A DNA stretch of 64,000 nucleotides, taken from NCBI GenBank assembly GCA_963845755.1, contig CAWJTV010000034.1, positions 384,001-448,000 on the forward strand, in the 5' to 3' direction. The DNA is from an uncultured Planctomycetota bacterium. Lineage in GTDB: Bacteria; Planctomycetota; Planctomycetia; Isosphaerales; Isosphaeraceae. Under the pieces are notes generated by a model, which had not been told where the DNA came from, did no database searches, and worked only from the letters and a program-made list of their open reading frames with translations. Both the position numbers and the translations under genes were made by a program. Each line of letters opens with the position of its first letter. Positions within the stretch are counted from its first letter, which is position 1. Shown here piece by piece: positions 39,909 to 52,128 of this stretch.

Positions 39909-42356
39909 ATGAGAACCGACCCCGAAGTCCGCGTGAAGCTGATCCGAAGTCCTGACTTGAGATCCTGGGCCCTGGTCTACGCGAGTGCCCTGGTGATGGC
40001 CCTGGCAAGCTCGGGCCAGGCCGCACCGCCGCGCATCGAGGTCGAGAACCTGAGGATCGGCTTCGGCGGGTCCAACTCGTTCAAGGTGGGGACCTGGACG
40101 CCGGCCTGGATCCAGCTCCGGGCGGGCGACCAGAACTTCGACGGGTTCATGGAGGTCCGCGTTGCCGACGACGACGGGACGCCGACGTCCTACCGGCTGC
40201 CGGTCCAGGTGCCGGCCCGTTCCAGCCAGCAGTTTACCGCGTACGTCCGGCCGGGCTCGCACGATCCCGATCTGAACATCCGCCTGCTGGACTCCTCGGG
40301 ACGTCGGGTCGGCGGCGCGTCGCAGGACACCGTGATGCCCCAGCCTCCCGTGGCGCTAATGCCGCAGGAGTTGCTGATCCTGACCATGGGGCGACCGCAG
40401 GGAGTCGAGGCGATCACCGAGCTGCCCGGCTTCCGACAGGGCGGTCAACCGGGGCCATATGGAATGCGCCGGGTCGGTGGCGAGCTGGTGCTGGCCCGGA
40501 TCGACACCCAGATGGGACGTCTGCCCGGGCGCTGGTATGGCTTTGACGCCGCCCGTGCTATCGTCCTGGATACCGCCGATCGCGAAGTGCTCACGGCGCT
40601 CGACGGCGGGCGCGGCCTGGCCCTGGTGGAATGGGTCCGGCGTGGCGGCCACCTCATTGTCTCGGTCGGAGCCAACTGGCAAGCCGTGAAGGACAGCGTC
40701 CTGGCCCCCATCCTGCCGGGATTACCCAACGGCACGGACATGGCCCCCTCGCTGGCGGCACTGGACACCTTCGCCGGCTCGAACAAGCCGATCACACCGC
40801 CCGGGTCGGCGAAAGTGCTCGTGACCAAGCTGGAAGACATCGACCGGCGCGGGGGGACCGTCCTGAGCAGCGTGATGTCGAACCTGCCGTTGATCGTCCG
40901 CGGCCCGTACGGATTCGGACGCGTGACCCTGATTGCCCTGGACGTGGACCAGAAGCTCCTCTCAGACTGGCCCGACCGCGGTCGATTCTGGGGCCGAGCC
41001 ATCGACTTGCACTCCCAGAAGACCGACCAGGGCGCGGGCGGTCCGCAGATGGGCGGAGGGGTCCGGTTCAACCAGTCGTTGGTCTCCGACCTCGCCACCC
41101 AGCTCCGCGCGTCGCTCGAGCAGTTCCCGGGCGTGAAGCTGATCCCGTTCGGCTGGGTCGCGTTCTTCATCTTCCTGTATATCCTGCTCATCGGACCGGG
41201 TGACTACTTCTTCCTCAAGAAAGTGCTGAAGCGGATGGAGCTCACCTGGATCACCTTCCCCACCATCGTGGTGGCCGTGAGCCTGATCGCTTACTATGCG
41301 GCCTATCTGCTCAAGGGGAATGACCTGCTGGTCAATCAGGTGACCGTCGTGGACGTCAACCAGGTTGACGGCATGGCACGGGGCTCGACCTGGGCCAGCC
41401 TGTTCAGCCCTCAGAACCGCGACTACACGATCCGGGCGGTGCCCCTGCCGCTGAACCGCCCTTCGTCCGGAAGGGAATCCGCCGAACCCGAGCGGCCCGC
41501 GCCGGGGACCGAGGTCATGATGAGCTGGTTCAGCTCGCCCGAGAATCAGTTCGGTGCCATGGGGAGCTCCAGCCGCCGGTTCAGCTTCGCCGGCAACGGT
41601 TATGCCTATCAGCCGATCGGTGGCGTTGAGTCGTTGGAAGACGTGCGCATACCCATCTGGAGTACGAAGTGCGTGACGGCGACCTGGTTCGGACCCGGTG
41701 TCTCGCTGGTCAACGCCGACTTGCAACCCGTGGGGACCGATCGGTTGGCCGGTACCGTGATCAATCGCCTCGATATCCCGCTGGAGGACGCCGTACTGGC
41801 CTTCGGCAAGCAGGTCTACCTTCTGGAGAACATCGCCCCCGGTGCGACCAGCCGGGTCGGTTTGAGCAGTGGCCACGACCGCAGCCTTTCGGGTTACCTC
41901 CTGGAAAAGAAGTCCAGGTATCTGGATCCCTCGTACGGAAACGGCAACTTCCGGATCGACCGGAGTGCCCTGATGCTCACCGTGATGTTCCACGACAGCG
42001 AGTCGTCCGCAGCCGGCGGGGGCATGCTGTCCAACGACCCGCTCCACGACGAGGACCTGACCGGACAACTGTCCCTGCAGCGACCGATGCTGGTGGCCCG
42101 CGTCAAGCGTCCCGGCGTCCGGCTCGTCCTGGACAACGCGCCCTCGCCCGCCAAGGTCGAACGAGACGACGATGGTTCGGATCATCCTTCCGCTGAGCCC
42201 GGCGAAGCCGGCAGGCTGAGGGATCCCCTTCGCAGGAAGACCCGGCGGCTGCCCGAAATCGGCCGGCGGGCGCGTGATCGCCAACCGCTCAATCTCATAG
42301 ACGATTCCTCAATCGACCGCGGAAACGAGGCGCACTCCCATGATCGAAACGCATGA
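39909..42356 (+). CDS. Large membrane protein associated with an ABC transporter; true stop probably 42219 (frameshift near 42165)
   Basis: Signal peptide, EWVRRGGHLIV, YILLIGPGDYFFLK...TWITFP TM pair; directly upstream of the ABC ATPase. Confidence 0.8.
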   Translation: MRTDPEVRVKLIRSPDLRSWALVYASALVMALASSGQAAPPRIEVENLRIGFGGSNSFKVGTWTPAWIQLRAGDQNFDGFMEVRVADDDGTPTSYRLPVQVPARSSQQFTAYVRPGSHDPDLNIRLLDSSGRRVGGASQDTVMPQPPVALMPQELLILTMGRPQGVEAITELPGFRQGGQPGPYGMRRVGGELVLARIDTQMGRLPGRWYGFDAARAIVLDTADREVLTALDGGRGLALVEWVRRGGHLIVSVGANWQAVKDSVLAPILPGLPNGTDMAPSLAALDTFAGSNKPITPPGSAKVLVTKLEDIDRRGGTVLSSVMSNLPLIVRGPYGFGRVTLIALDVDQKLLSDWPDRGRFWGRAIDLHSQKTDQGAGGPQMGGGVRFNQSLVSDLATQLRASLEQFPGVKLIPFGWVAFFIFLYILLIGPGDYFFLKKVLKRMELTWITFPTIVVAVSLIAYYAAYLLKGNDLLVNQVTVVDVNQVDGMARGSTWASLFSPQNRDYTIRAVPLPLNRPSSGRESAEPERPAPGTEVMMSWFSSPENQFGAMGSSSRRFSFAGNGYAYQPIGGVESLEDVRIPIWSTKCVTATWFGPGVSLVNADLQPVGTDRLAGTVINRLDIPLEDAVLAFGKQVYLLENIAPGATSRVGLSSGHDRSLSGYLLEKKSRYLDPSYGNGNFRIDRSALMLTVMFHDSESSAAGGGMLSNDPLHDEDLTGQLSLQRPMLVARVKRPGVRLVLDNAPSPAKVERDDDGSDHPSAEPGEAGRLRDPLRRKTRRLPEIGRRARDRQPLNLIDDSSIDRGNEAHSHDRNA

Positions 42357-43267
42357 TCTGACCAAGATGTACGGTGAGCTCTATGCTCTCAACCGGCTCA
42401 ACTTGACGCTGAACCAGGGGGACGTCTACGGCTTCATCGGCCCTAACGGGGCGGGCAAGACGACGACGATGCGGATCCTCGCCACGCTCCTGAATCCCTC
42501 CTGGGGTGAGGCGACCGTGTGCGGCTACTCGATCTACACCGGGTCGAAGGAGATCCGCCGCGTGATCGGGTACATGCCCGACTTCTTCGGCGTCTACGAC
42601 GATATGAAGGTGATCGAGTATCTCGAATTCTTCGCCTCGGCCTATCGGATCAAGGGCGCGGCGCGGCGGAAGATCTGCGAGGAGGTCCTCGAGCTGGTCA
42701 ACCTGACCTACAAGCGCGATGCCCTGGTGACCAGCCTCTCCCGCGGCATGACCCAGCGCCTGGGCCTGGCCCGCACGCTGCTCCACGACCCGCAGGTGCT
42801 GCTCCTGGACGAGCCAGCGTCCGGCCTCGACCCGCGCGCCGCGCATCGAGATGCGCGCGCTGCTCAAGGAGTTGCGATCCATGGGCAAGACGATCCTCGT
42901 CTCCAGCCACATCCTCCCCGAGCTGGCCGACATCTGCAACAAGATCGGCATCATCGAGCAGGGCTGCCTGCTGGTCAACGGCGAGGTCACCGAGGTGATG
43001 AGGCAGGTCCGTACCGACATCGTCCTGAACATCGCCGTCTCCGAGCGCATGACCGACGCCGCCAACCTCCTCGAGACCCAACCCGAGGTCGAGAACGTCC
43101 AGGACAAGAACGGGGTCCTGATTGTCAAGTTGAACGAGGGCGTCAACCAGTATGGCTTCCTGGCGAACCGGCTCGTCGAGCATGGGTATGAGCTGACCCT
43201 CTTCAAGGAGGACGAGATCAACCTCGAGACGGCCTTCATGCACCTGACCAAGGGGATCACGAGCTGA
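42340..43267 (+). CDS. ABC transporter ATP-binding protein (frameshift near 42842)
   Basis: GPNGAGKTT, LSRGM, LLLDEPASGLDP; ILVSSHIL continues in ORF 42851..43267. Confidence 0.92.
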
Positions 43268-43435
43268 CGGCACGAGGGGGGCTTGCCGCCCAGAGTTGCC
43301 GAAAGTGAGGGGGAACCCGACAGCGAGCGGGTCTACCCTCTGGGGCAACCGAGCAAAGCAAGACACGGCGAACGCGTCGGGGGGGCCGGCGCGCCGCCGT
43401 GTCGGATGTCGATCGCGATCGATCGGCTGAGCAGG

Positions 43436-44899
43436 TCAGGGTATAACCCCACCGATGGCCGTCACGAAGCCGGTCGGTGCCGGACCGGTCGTACTCTCCA
43501 GATTCGGGGGGGTTGCCAGCGACTGAATGAACGGAGGATTGGACTGGGATGATAAGCCGTAATTGATGAATAATCGGGAGTAGCCGTTGATGGTGCCCTC
43601 GGTGTACATGGTGTTGTAGATATTCCCGCTGATCGAGAAGACGCTGCCTGGGCTGATGGTGATCCCGCCCTGGATGAAGGAGCCAACCGAGGGAATCAAG
43701 ACGGTGATGAGCGAATTGGTGACGTTGGTGAAGTTGAGCGATAGGACATTGGAACCGGTGCCCGTCCCCTTGGGCGGCTGGGCGATCAGGCCGAGGTCCC
43801 GGTTGATCTGGAAATTGGCACCATTGGAGAGGGTGATGGCCCCGCCGACATTGAGCAAGTCGAGGTCGCGGCCGACGGTGATGCCGGTCCCGCTCCCGCT
43901 CAGGTCGATCCCATTGAGGACGTCCAGCGTGCTGAGGTCGCCGCCGGTCGTGATCGAGGCACCGGGCAGGATGGCGTCGAACGCGATCCGATCGATAGCC
44001 GAACTCCCGCTAACCTGCAACGGGCCGGACAATTCGGCGTCCTGGAAGCCCTCGATGTCGCCGATCGCACCGCTCGTGACCGAGATCTGGCCGATGTTGA
44101 GCAGGTGGACCCGGCCCGATTCACCGTATGCGAAACTCTTGGCGAAGCCCTTCCTCTGGGCTTGCCCGAGCGGGTTGATGGTCAGGTCGGTGTTGGTGGT
44201 CGAGCCGTCGATGATCAGCCCCACGCGGCCGCCCGGCATGGCGTAGGCCCGGATGGTACCGATCGGCTGGGGATAATTGCCGTTCTGCTCGGAGACGAGC
44301 GTCGTGGCCGTCGAGGCAGTCGCGTTCCCCTCCTGTCCGTTCGTTCCTTCGGCCGTGTTGGTCGCAATCGTATTCGAGGTATACGAAAGCCTGATCATGT
44401 AATGGGAGCCGTCGAGCGCGGTGACTTCCACGGCCTGGCCGCCCCGAGCCGTCTGAACCGCCACGGCGCTCTTCACCCGGAAGCCATGAACGTTGTTGAA
44501 ATGCGGGGCGTGAAGGGCCAGGAACGGCGGCTGTTTGAGGTTTTGAGCCGCCTTGGCACCGGGATGTTTGAGCAAATAGCGGCTGGCTTCGACGAACCGA
44601 GTTCCGGCCGACGTGCCCCCCGAGAGCATCACGCGGACCTCGAGGTGGCCGTCCACCGTCGGTTGGAAGGTGCGGGACGATGCCCGACGAGTTCCAGATA
44701 GCCACCCCGCTGGCTCGAGCGCCAGTCGGTGATGGCGGCTCGGTGCCAGGCGACCGATGGCCGACGACCAGCCCGTCCGACGGACTTCGCGGAGGAAGCC
44801 GACGATCGCCCTGCCCAGAAGGAGGCTCCACGTAGGCACCGCGGGCGCGGGTGATCCAGATGAGCGAGGAATGGCGTTTCTCGTGCAAGATTGCGTCAT
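43436..44899 (-). CDS. Planctomycete extracellular beta-rich protein with LExRxLLS motif
   Basis: FQPTVDGHLEVRVMLS followed by a G/T/S/N-rich region; RBS AGGAGG. Confidence 0.75.
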   Translation of the reverse strand: MTQSCTRNAIPRSSGSPAPAVPTWSLLLGRAIVGFLREVRRTGWSSAIGRLAPSRHHRLALEPAGWLSGTRRASSRTFQPTVDGHLEVRVMLSGGTSAGTRFVEASRYLLKHPGAKAAQNLKQPPFLALHAPHFNNVHGFRVKSAVAVQTARGGQAVEVTALDGSHYMIRLSYTSNTIATNTAEGTNGQEGNATASTATTLVSEQNGNYPQPIGTIRAYAMPGGRVGLIIDGSTTNTDLTINPLGQAQRKGFAKSFAYGESGRVHLLNIGQISVTSGAIGDIEGFQDAELSGPLQVSGSSAIDRIAFDAILPGASITTGGDLSTLDVLNGIDLSGSGTGITVGRDLDLLNVGGAITLSNGANFQINRDLGLIAQPPKGTGTGSNVLSLNFTNVTNSLITVLIPSVGSFIQGGITISPGSVFSISGNIYNTMYTEGTINGYSRLFINYGLSSQSNPPFIQSLATPPNLESTTGPAPTGFVTAIGGVIP

Positions 44900-45331
44900 G
44901 CGACGATCCTCCTGATCGTAGCCAACCGGTGCTCGCGGAGTCCGCTTCGTCCCGCTCGACCCCGCGCCAGGCGGGCAAGGGCCGAACAACCTGTCGGCCC
45001 CTCGTGCTCCCTCCGGTTCCACCGGCGCACGAAGGACGATGATCGGGACTTTTCCGGTTGTCTCCTGAACTGCTTCCTCTTATCGGCGAGCCGGCGCACG
45101 GCCGCACGCTCGAACATCGGAATCACCCACTCCTCGGATCCTGCCGCGCGACTTGTGGGGGATCGCACGAAAGCGACAATCCTGCACACAGGGCCGATAA
45201 TGCCGAAAATAATGATTGTGCGGACGAGGATTCACGAAGGGTCCTCCACCGGGCCCGGGAAGCCGGAGCGTATGGTCTAACGCACCCTGGAGAGGGCGCC
45301 CGACGGTCGGTGCAGGGCATAACTCGCTGCG

Positions 45332-45646
45332 CTATCGACGAATCGACGACCAGCCCGACACGTTCCAGATGTTGCGCAACTGCTGACGGCACGGCTCCGG
45401 CAGATCGCCGGAGAAGGTCAGGCCAATCCGGCGGCCATCGACCACGCCGCGAACCTCGCCATGGAGGACGGCGTGGTGCCGACAAGCCTCACCGATCTCC
45501 TGGACAAACGCACGGGTAATCTGACCACGGGTCAGCCGAGGCACTCCCCCCCTGATCTGGACGACAAAGCGTGGACGTGGACGGCACGCGATCCAGAGTC
45601 CCCAGATGACCAGGGCCACCAGGGCCGCTTCGAAGAATACGATCAA
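45332..45646 (-). CDS. Small membrane-anchored protein (DUF3634-like)
   Basis: N-terminal TM; FVVQIRGG...FSGDLPEPCRQQLRNIW. Confidence 0.65.
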   Translation of the reverse strand: MIVFFEAALVALVIWGLWIACRPRPRFVVQIRGGVPRLTRGQITRAFVQEIGEACRHHAVLHGEVRGVVDGRRIGLTFSGDLPEPCRQQLRNIWNVSGWSSIRR

Positions 45647-45830
45647 GGCTCATCCCCGCTCGATGACCACCGATGATCGATCGCGCCTTGACGGCAAGAA
45701 TCGCCGCGCAATCGCCGAACAGAGGTATCACGGTGGGGGTTCACCCGTCTTGTTTCCATTTTGATGAGAACCGTGGTTCATCATTCGTGACGAACCGTCT
45801 TGCCGAAATCCGGATCGAGGGCGGGGCGTA

Positions 45831-47146
45831 TCAATCTAACTGAACAGCTCGCGGACGAGCTTTTCCGCCGTCGACGACCTTGATCGGCCGGCCGATGGGG
45901 GTCATGGCCTCCTTGGTTGGGTTGACCTTGAGCGCGTGGCAGAACGACGCGAGAAGGTCGGGGACACCGACGGGATGGTCCTTGACCTCGGTGCCGTCGG
46001 GGTTGGACGCACCGATCACCTGACCACCCTTGACACCGCCACCGGCCAGGGCCACGTTGAAGACCCTGGGGAAATGGTCGCGGCCTGCGTTGCCGTTGAT
46101 CTTCGGCGTGCGGCCGAACTCGCCCATCCAGACGACCAGCGTGTGCTCGAGCCGGCCCAATCGCTTCAGGTCGGTGATCAGCGCGGCGAACGCCGGATCC
46201 ACCTGAGATGCCAGCTTGCCGACTGCGCTCATGATTCTGCTGATGAGTGTCCCAGCCGTTGCAGCGGACCTCGACGAACGTGACGCCCGCCTCGACCAGC
46301 CGGCGAGCGAGCAGGCAGCCCTGGCCGAAGGGGTTCCGACCGTAGGCCTCGCGAACTGGATCGGACTCTTCTTCGAGGTTGAACGCTGCGCATCTGGGGC
46401 GAGAGAATCATCCGGGCGGTCTGAGTGTACAAGGCGCGGTGGTCCCGGACCCGGTCCGAGCCACCGATCCGCTCGAAGCCCGCGCCTTCGAGCCGGTCGA
46501 GCAAGCCGAGCCGGCGTCGGAACCGCCCGTGGGGAACCTTAGGCTCCGTGTTCTCGGGCGGTTTCTCGGGGTTCTGGACGACGAACGGCTCGAGCGCGGC
46601 GCCCAGAAAACCCGCGCCGATCGTCGGCCCGCCGATGCTCACGATGTGCGGCAGGTCGAAGTGGCTCTGGCCCAGCTCCGACGCCACCGAGCAGCCGAGG
46701 TGCGGGTGCTTGAGCGTCGCCGATGGCACATAGCCGGTGTGGAGCTGGTAGGTGGTGCGCTGATGGTTCCCCTCTTTGTTGGTCATGGACCGCACCAGGG
46801 CGATGTCGTTCATCATCTTCGCCGTGGAATCCCAACCTTCCGCGATCGAGATCCCGGAGACGGCCGTCGCGATGGCCTTGGTCTCCCCGCCGTGCTCGGT
46901 CCCCGGTTTGGGGTCGAACGTCTCGAGCTGGCTCGGTCCGCCCGACATCCAGAGCAGGATGCAGGCCATCTGTTTCTTCCGGATGTCGGCCGCATGGACG
47001 GCCATCCAGTCGGTGAAGCTGAGCGGGATCGCCCCCGTCGCGGCCAGACCGGCCGCCCCCAGTCCGATCGTCCGGAGGAAATGCCGGCGCCCGATCACGC
47101 CCGCGCCGCTCATCGCCACCTGGACCAACTCGCGTTCCATGGTCAT
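45831..47146 (-). CDS. DUF1501 family Tat protein (frameshifts near 46390 and 46232)
   Basis: [50 protein letters not shown]. Confidence 0.9.
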
Positions 47147-47306
47147 GACTATGGGCCTCGATCTGTTTCGGATGAATGAGTCGTCGTCTTGCTCAGGAGG
47201 TCGCGGTTCGGTCCGAGCCTCCCCGAACCGGAGATCGCTTGTGGGAATCCCGAATCACTTCGCATTGGGAAATGCTCAATCCGGTATCTCGAACCCGGAA
47301 GGATGA

Positions 47307-49326
47307 TCAGCGCCGGGTGACGAACTCGGTCGTGTTGATCAGACTCCAGTAGATGTCTTCGAACCCCTCGCGGCGATTGCCGACCGCGGCCAGGTAACGG
47401 CCACAGATTTCGACTTCCTTGGCCGTGGGGCCGCGAGAGAGAACGCGGAGATACAGCGCATCCAGCGCGGCCCGGTTATCGGGCGTGGCGGCGAGGATCT
47501 CGCCGAGGACGGTCCCCTGGCGCGCGGCAGTCCGGTTGTTGACCATCGGGCTATTCATCAGGAAGAGGGCCTGGGGGATCGAGCCCAGGACGTCGTCGTT
47601 GAGGACCGAGGGATCGATACCGAAGAGGCGATCGAACGCGAACCGCGGGCCGCCCCGCCGCAGGAGGGCACCGGCCTTCTTGGCGGGCACGGGCAGGCCG
47701 GCGGCTTCCAGGGACTTCTTGGCCGCCCCCTTGGACTGACCCTTGACGGAGTCGGACGCCAGTGCTCGCTTGGGATCGCCCAGGCTGACCGGGGCGTTCT
47801 TGCCCTTGGCCATGGCGCGGGTTGTTCCTCGGCAGCACAACATTGCCTTGATCGTCCTGGGGAAGTCCCAATGCCTGGGCCAGCGCTTCGAACACCTGGT
47901 CGGCGCGCATGCGGCTGGGGCATCCGGAGGCGAATGGGGTCTTGCCGGCCGCGGTGGCGGTCGAGCGGACGCGCCGCTGATAGGCCTCGGTGTTCATGAG
48001 CGTCCGAAAGAGCCAGCGGAGATCATAACCACCGCGCTGCCACTGTTCGGACAGGGGATCCAGGACTTCGGGGGCTCGGGCGGTCCGCTCCGGCCCGATA
48101 TCGTCGATCGGCTCGTAGAAGCCCTCGCCCATCAAGGCGTACCAGGTCCGGTTGATGAACGCCTTGGCGAACCAGGGGTTATCCTGGCCGGTGACATACG
48201 AGGCCGCCAGGTCCCGGCGTTGCGCGGGGCTCAGGGACTCGGGCAGGGCCGGCTCGGGAGTCTTCGATCCCGAGTGGGACAGGAAGAACCGCGGGGCGAT
48301 CGGGATCTGCTTGTTGGCATTGTCCTTGTCGGGCATGGAGTAGCGGGCGCGTGGCCGGTCTACGATGGCGAACACCGGGGGCTGACCCGGACTGGCCTTG
48401 ACGACCTGCCGCGGCTGGGCGCCGGCGAAGAACGCCGCGAATTCGTGGAACTGGACCTGCTTCCACGAATCGGTCTTGTGGTCGTGACACTGCGCACACT
48501 GGATCTGCACGCCGAGGAAGATCCGGGAAACCTCGCCGGCCATCTCGACGGGCCGGCCTTCATAGGCCAGCGCAAACGCCACCGCGCCGTTCTCGTCGTT
48601 GCGGCCGGTGGCCTGGATCAGCTTCGCCACGATCTCGTCCCAGGGCTTATTGGTGTGGAACTGCTCGGTCAGCCAGTCTTCCATCTCATCGAACCCGACC
48701 CGGGCCAGGTTTTCGTTGGTCGCATGGAACTTGACCACGTCGCGCCAGTACCGCGCCCAGTTCCGGGCCCAGTCCTTGCTATCGAGCAATCTCCCGATGA
48801 GACGGGCGCGCTTATCGCGAGAGCGATCCCGGACGAAGGCCACGTACTGCTCTGGAGTAGGAGGCTTGCCGATCAGGTCGAAGTACACCCGCCGGACGAA
48901 CTCGACGTCGGTCGTCTTCGGAGCCGGATCAACCTTGGGGTCGGTCTTGAACAGGTATTGCTGGACCAGGCGATCGAGCTCGGCCGAGGTGATCGTTGGA
49001 GGGGTAACCGACCGCGCCGGACGCTGTAACTTGACCGGAACAGCGCCTCGGCCGCCGGCGTGCTCTCCCTGCACCGCGGCATGGAGCTGGCGCAGGGCTT
49101 GGGTCAACTCGCGGGCATCTTGGGGCGTGAGCTTCGGCGTTTTCGACCCGTCCGCTGCCGACGGCCCGGATCCCGGCGCGGGGACGCTTTTCTGCCCCTC
49201 ACCAACCTGGAAGGCTCGCGCGCGCCCCGCCGCAACGACGACCGTGATGACAGCAAAGGCCACGACCACGCCCAGGACGGCGCCTCGCGCCCGTCCGCAT
49301 TCGATCGTTCGGCTGACCCTCTCCAT
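47307..49326 (-). CDS. DUF1549/DUF1553 (PSD1) protein (frameshift near 47845)
   Basis: FVRRVYFDLIGKPPT, FLGVQIQCAQCHDH, NPWFAKAFINRTW; PQALFLMNS...DIYWSLINTTEF in ORF 47307..47843. Confidence 0.9.
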
Positions 49327-49934
49327 TTGGATCACAGCTTCCCCCTTCTTTCGTTCTGTACGATCCTGTGCGAAACGCCGTTGACGGACCGCGCCCAAAC
49401 GACTCCTTGTCCACCCCTTACTATATAACCCCAGATCGCTCCTCCAGTTTCGCAACAACACGGGGTCGGTTGCACGCGTCGGCTCGATCCGACGATCCCC
49501 CTTCCAGCCGGATCCGGTCAATAACAAGCACGCATTCAGTAAATGATCGATTCCTCCCTACATCCTAAGTATAGTCAACATGTGGCCAAAAACCCCGGGC
49601 TTATGTAAGTGTCGATTCGGATTCGACGACGAGATCAGCCTGTCGCCGGAAGGCGCCGTAAACCGGACCTGGGCTGTGCTCCTGGAAAGGTGCCAGGACG
49701 GCAATCTGCGCCCAATCCCGACGCTGGCCGAATTCGAGAAGTGATCCGTTCACCTGCTATGGTAGGTTTGCTTCGACGAGCGACGACGACAGAAAGCCAG
49801 CAATCGAGACCGACAACCGCGGGGTCGGATCGACTTTCCGGCGCTCCGGAGAGCTCGACGCTGAAATTATTATACTATCAATATATTTTTCGTGATAATC
49901 GACGCCCGTTCTTACCCCACTTCCCGGGGAATTG

Positions 49935-51773
49935 CTACGCCTCGGCCGTCTCTTTCCCGGCTGCTGGCGACGGAGGAACCGATCCCCATCCTGGTTGCCA
50001 CCAGCGTCCCACGAGCCAGGCGAACCATCTCGGTGCCGCCCCCGGCCAGATGCCGGCTTTCCTCATGCTGATCCCCATCGCGATCAGGAAGAAGATCATC
50101 CCCCAGACGATCTGGTCGAGGCCGACGACGATCTTGCGGAGGTGGTCGTAAGCGCCCCAGCCAGAGTGGGCCAGCCACGCGGCCAGGTTGATCGCCGCGC
50201 TGCCCAGGTACAACCGGTCCATGATCAGGAAGCTGTACGACCAGGCAGAGACGGCGATCAGCAGGGGATAGACGGCGATCAGTCCCGGTGCCATCGTCGG
50301 CCAGATCCGCGGATGTCCGGTCGCGGCGTCGAGTCCGAGCAGAAGCAGCGCCAGCGCACCGGAACGCCGGGCCAGGAGACCGAGTCCGTCGTCGAAGAGC
50401 GCGCCGAGGACCAGGAGCGACCCGATGGCCAGATGGAGTCCGATCGGCCAGAGCTCGATGGTCGGCCAGAGTTCGCCGACGCCGCGGGTGATTGCGCTGA
50501 CCAGGCAGCCCGCCGCCAGGACAGCCCGCCGGGAGTCGCGATTCCGCCAGGCCGCGAACGACAGCACCAACCCCGCTCCGCACATCGGCAGTGCGCGGGG
50601 TGCGACCAGCCAGGCGAGGTCGATCGATCGGGGGTCGACGACCGCCAGACTTGCCAGGCCGACGGCCATCAGGTCCCAGGCCCTTGGCACGCGACGCGCG
50701 ATCGCATAGGCCTGGAACAGCGTGGCCGCCAGCAATGCCACATAGGCCGGAGAGCCGCCCAGGGTCTGGATGAACATCTCCAAGAACGTGCGGTAGACCA
50801 GGTCGCCGCGATGTCCGGTCATCGCCAGAAATGCCAGGCCCAGCGGGAGGGCCGAGGCTACGGTCATGATGCGCCGGCGACCCGACGCGAGCCCGATCTC
50901 GAGCCAGACGAGGCTGACCGCCAGCCCGATCGGGACCAGGAAGTAAGGGCCGAAGATCGTGTGGCTCCCGCCCACGTAATGGAACGAGACACAGAGCGAC
51001 GAACATCGTACGGACAGGCCCCCCACCAGCACGATGAATAGCGCCCAGGGATACATCGGCCATCGCCAGGGACTGCCGTTTTTCTCCAGATACGCCCTTC
51101 CGCGCCGCGCCGCCGGCACAAGCGTCGCGACGGCCAGGCCGGCCAGTGGCGAGAAGCCGAAGAGCGCCCATTGCAAGGTCGGATTGTCCGGGTCTCCCAG
51201 GAGCGGGCTGATCGCGACCGGATACAGGAAGATCAGGGCCATGATCGCGTAGTAGGACAGCCGATACCAACCCGGCAGCCGGAGCCGGATCGTGTGCAGC
51301 ACCGCTTCCGTGACGACCACGGCGAAGAGCAACCCGCCGAGATAACCCAGAGTGCCCTTGCTCGAGCTGGCCGCCATCGTGTCATCGCAGCTCATCGCGA
51401 TTGCCAGGAACATCATCACCACCAGGATCAGCAAACTGCGCAAGTCGTCCCAGAGCCGGCCAACTCGGATCAGCACACAGGCGGTCGTCGCCAGTAGCAG
51501 CGTGTACCCTGCCAGGCTCAACGCCAGGGCCCAGCTCTGCGCGGCCGGTCCGCCGGCGCCGAACGACATCCTCAAACCGACGAACACGAGGTCCGCGCTC
51601 AGGATGTAAAACGGATTGCTCGTGTACAGGAACCGGACCAGGTTCCTCGCCGGCCTGGCCAGCCCGACACGACCCGAACCGCTCGAAGTCCCGACTGCGG
51701 CCGGCCGGGCCTCCACCGCGGCCGTAATGCCACGCTCGCCAAATCCTTCCCGACGATCGCCCGAAGCTTCCAT
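49935..51773 (-). CDS. Polytopic membrane protein, hypothetical
   Basis: More than 15 hydrophobic segments; LYTSNPFYILSA N-terminal motif. Confidence 0.8.
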   Translation of the reverse strand: MEASGDRREGFGERGITAAVEARPAAVGTSSGSGRVGLARPARNLVRFLYTSNPFYILSADLVFVGLRMSFGAGGPAAQSWALALSLAGYTLLLATTACVLIRVGRLWDDLRSLLILVVMMFLAIAMSCDDTMAASSSKGTLGYLGGLLFAVVVTEAVLHTIRLRLPGWYRLSYYAIMALIFLYPVAISPLLGDPDNPTLQWALFGFSPLAGLAVATLVPAARRGRAYLEKNGSPWRWPMYPWALFIVLVGGLSVRCSSLCVSFHYVGGSHTIFGPYFLVPIGLAVSLVWLEIGLASGRRRIMTVASALPLGLAFLAMTGHRGDLVYRTFLEMFIQTLGGSPAYVALLAATLFQAYAIARRVPRAWDLMAVGLASLAVVDPRSIDLAWLVAPRALPMCGAGLVLSFAAWRNRDSRRAVLAAGCLVSAITRGVGELWPTIELWPIGLHLAIGSLLVLGALFDDGLGLLARRSGALALLLLGLDAATGHPRIWPTMAPGLIAVYPLLIAVSAWSYSFLIMDRLYLGSAAINLAAWLAHSGWGAYDHLRKIVVGLDQIVWGMIFFLIAMGISMRKAGIWPGAAPRWFAWLVGRWWQPGWGSVPPSPAAGKETAEA

Positions 51774-52128
51774 GGTCCACCCCCTCGAAGCTCGCCTCAC
51801 GATGCCGCGATGCGGCGCAAATCACGATGTGGAGAAAGTCGATTCCACCCCTGCTTCGGATCGCCCGACATCTGAGAAAGGATCGGGCCGCGAGGCGAAA
51901 TCTCCCGTCATTATGACGTCCTGGGACATTTGTCGCAAGACGTTGGATGGGATTCTCGATGGTGGATCGGGTGTCGTGGGAAGTGAGTGTGCTTCACTCT
52001 CGGGTTGCGCACACCAGAAACCAACCGGAAGCGTCAGCGCGGGAAATGCCATCGGACCCGCACTAACGCTTCCGGTTAGAATAAGTGTGCTTCGTGTCGA
52101 GCTGTGCGCAAACCCTACGTGAGGCGCT

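Noticed and set aside
49430..49930. AT-rich intergenic region as oriC
   Set aside because: No cluster of TTATCCACA boxes and no dnaA/dnaN nearby; more likely a promoter region
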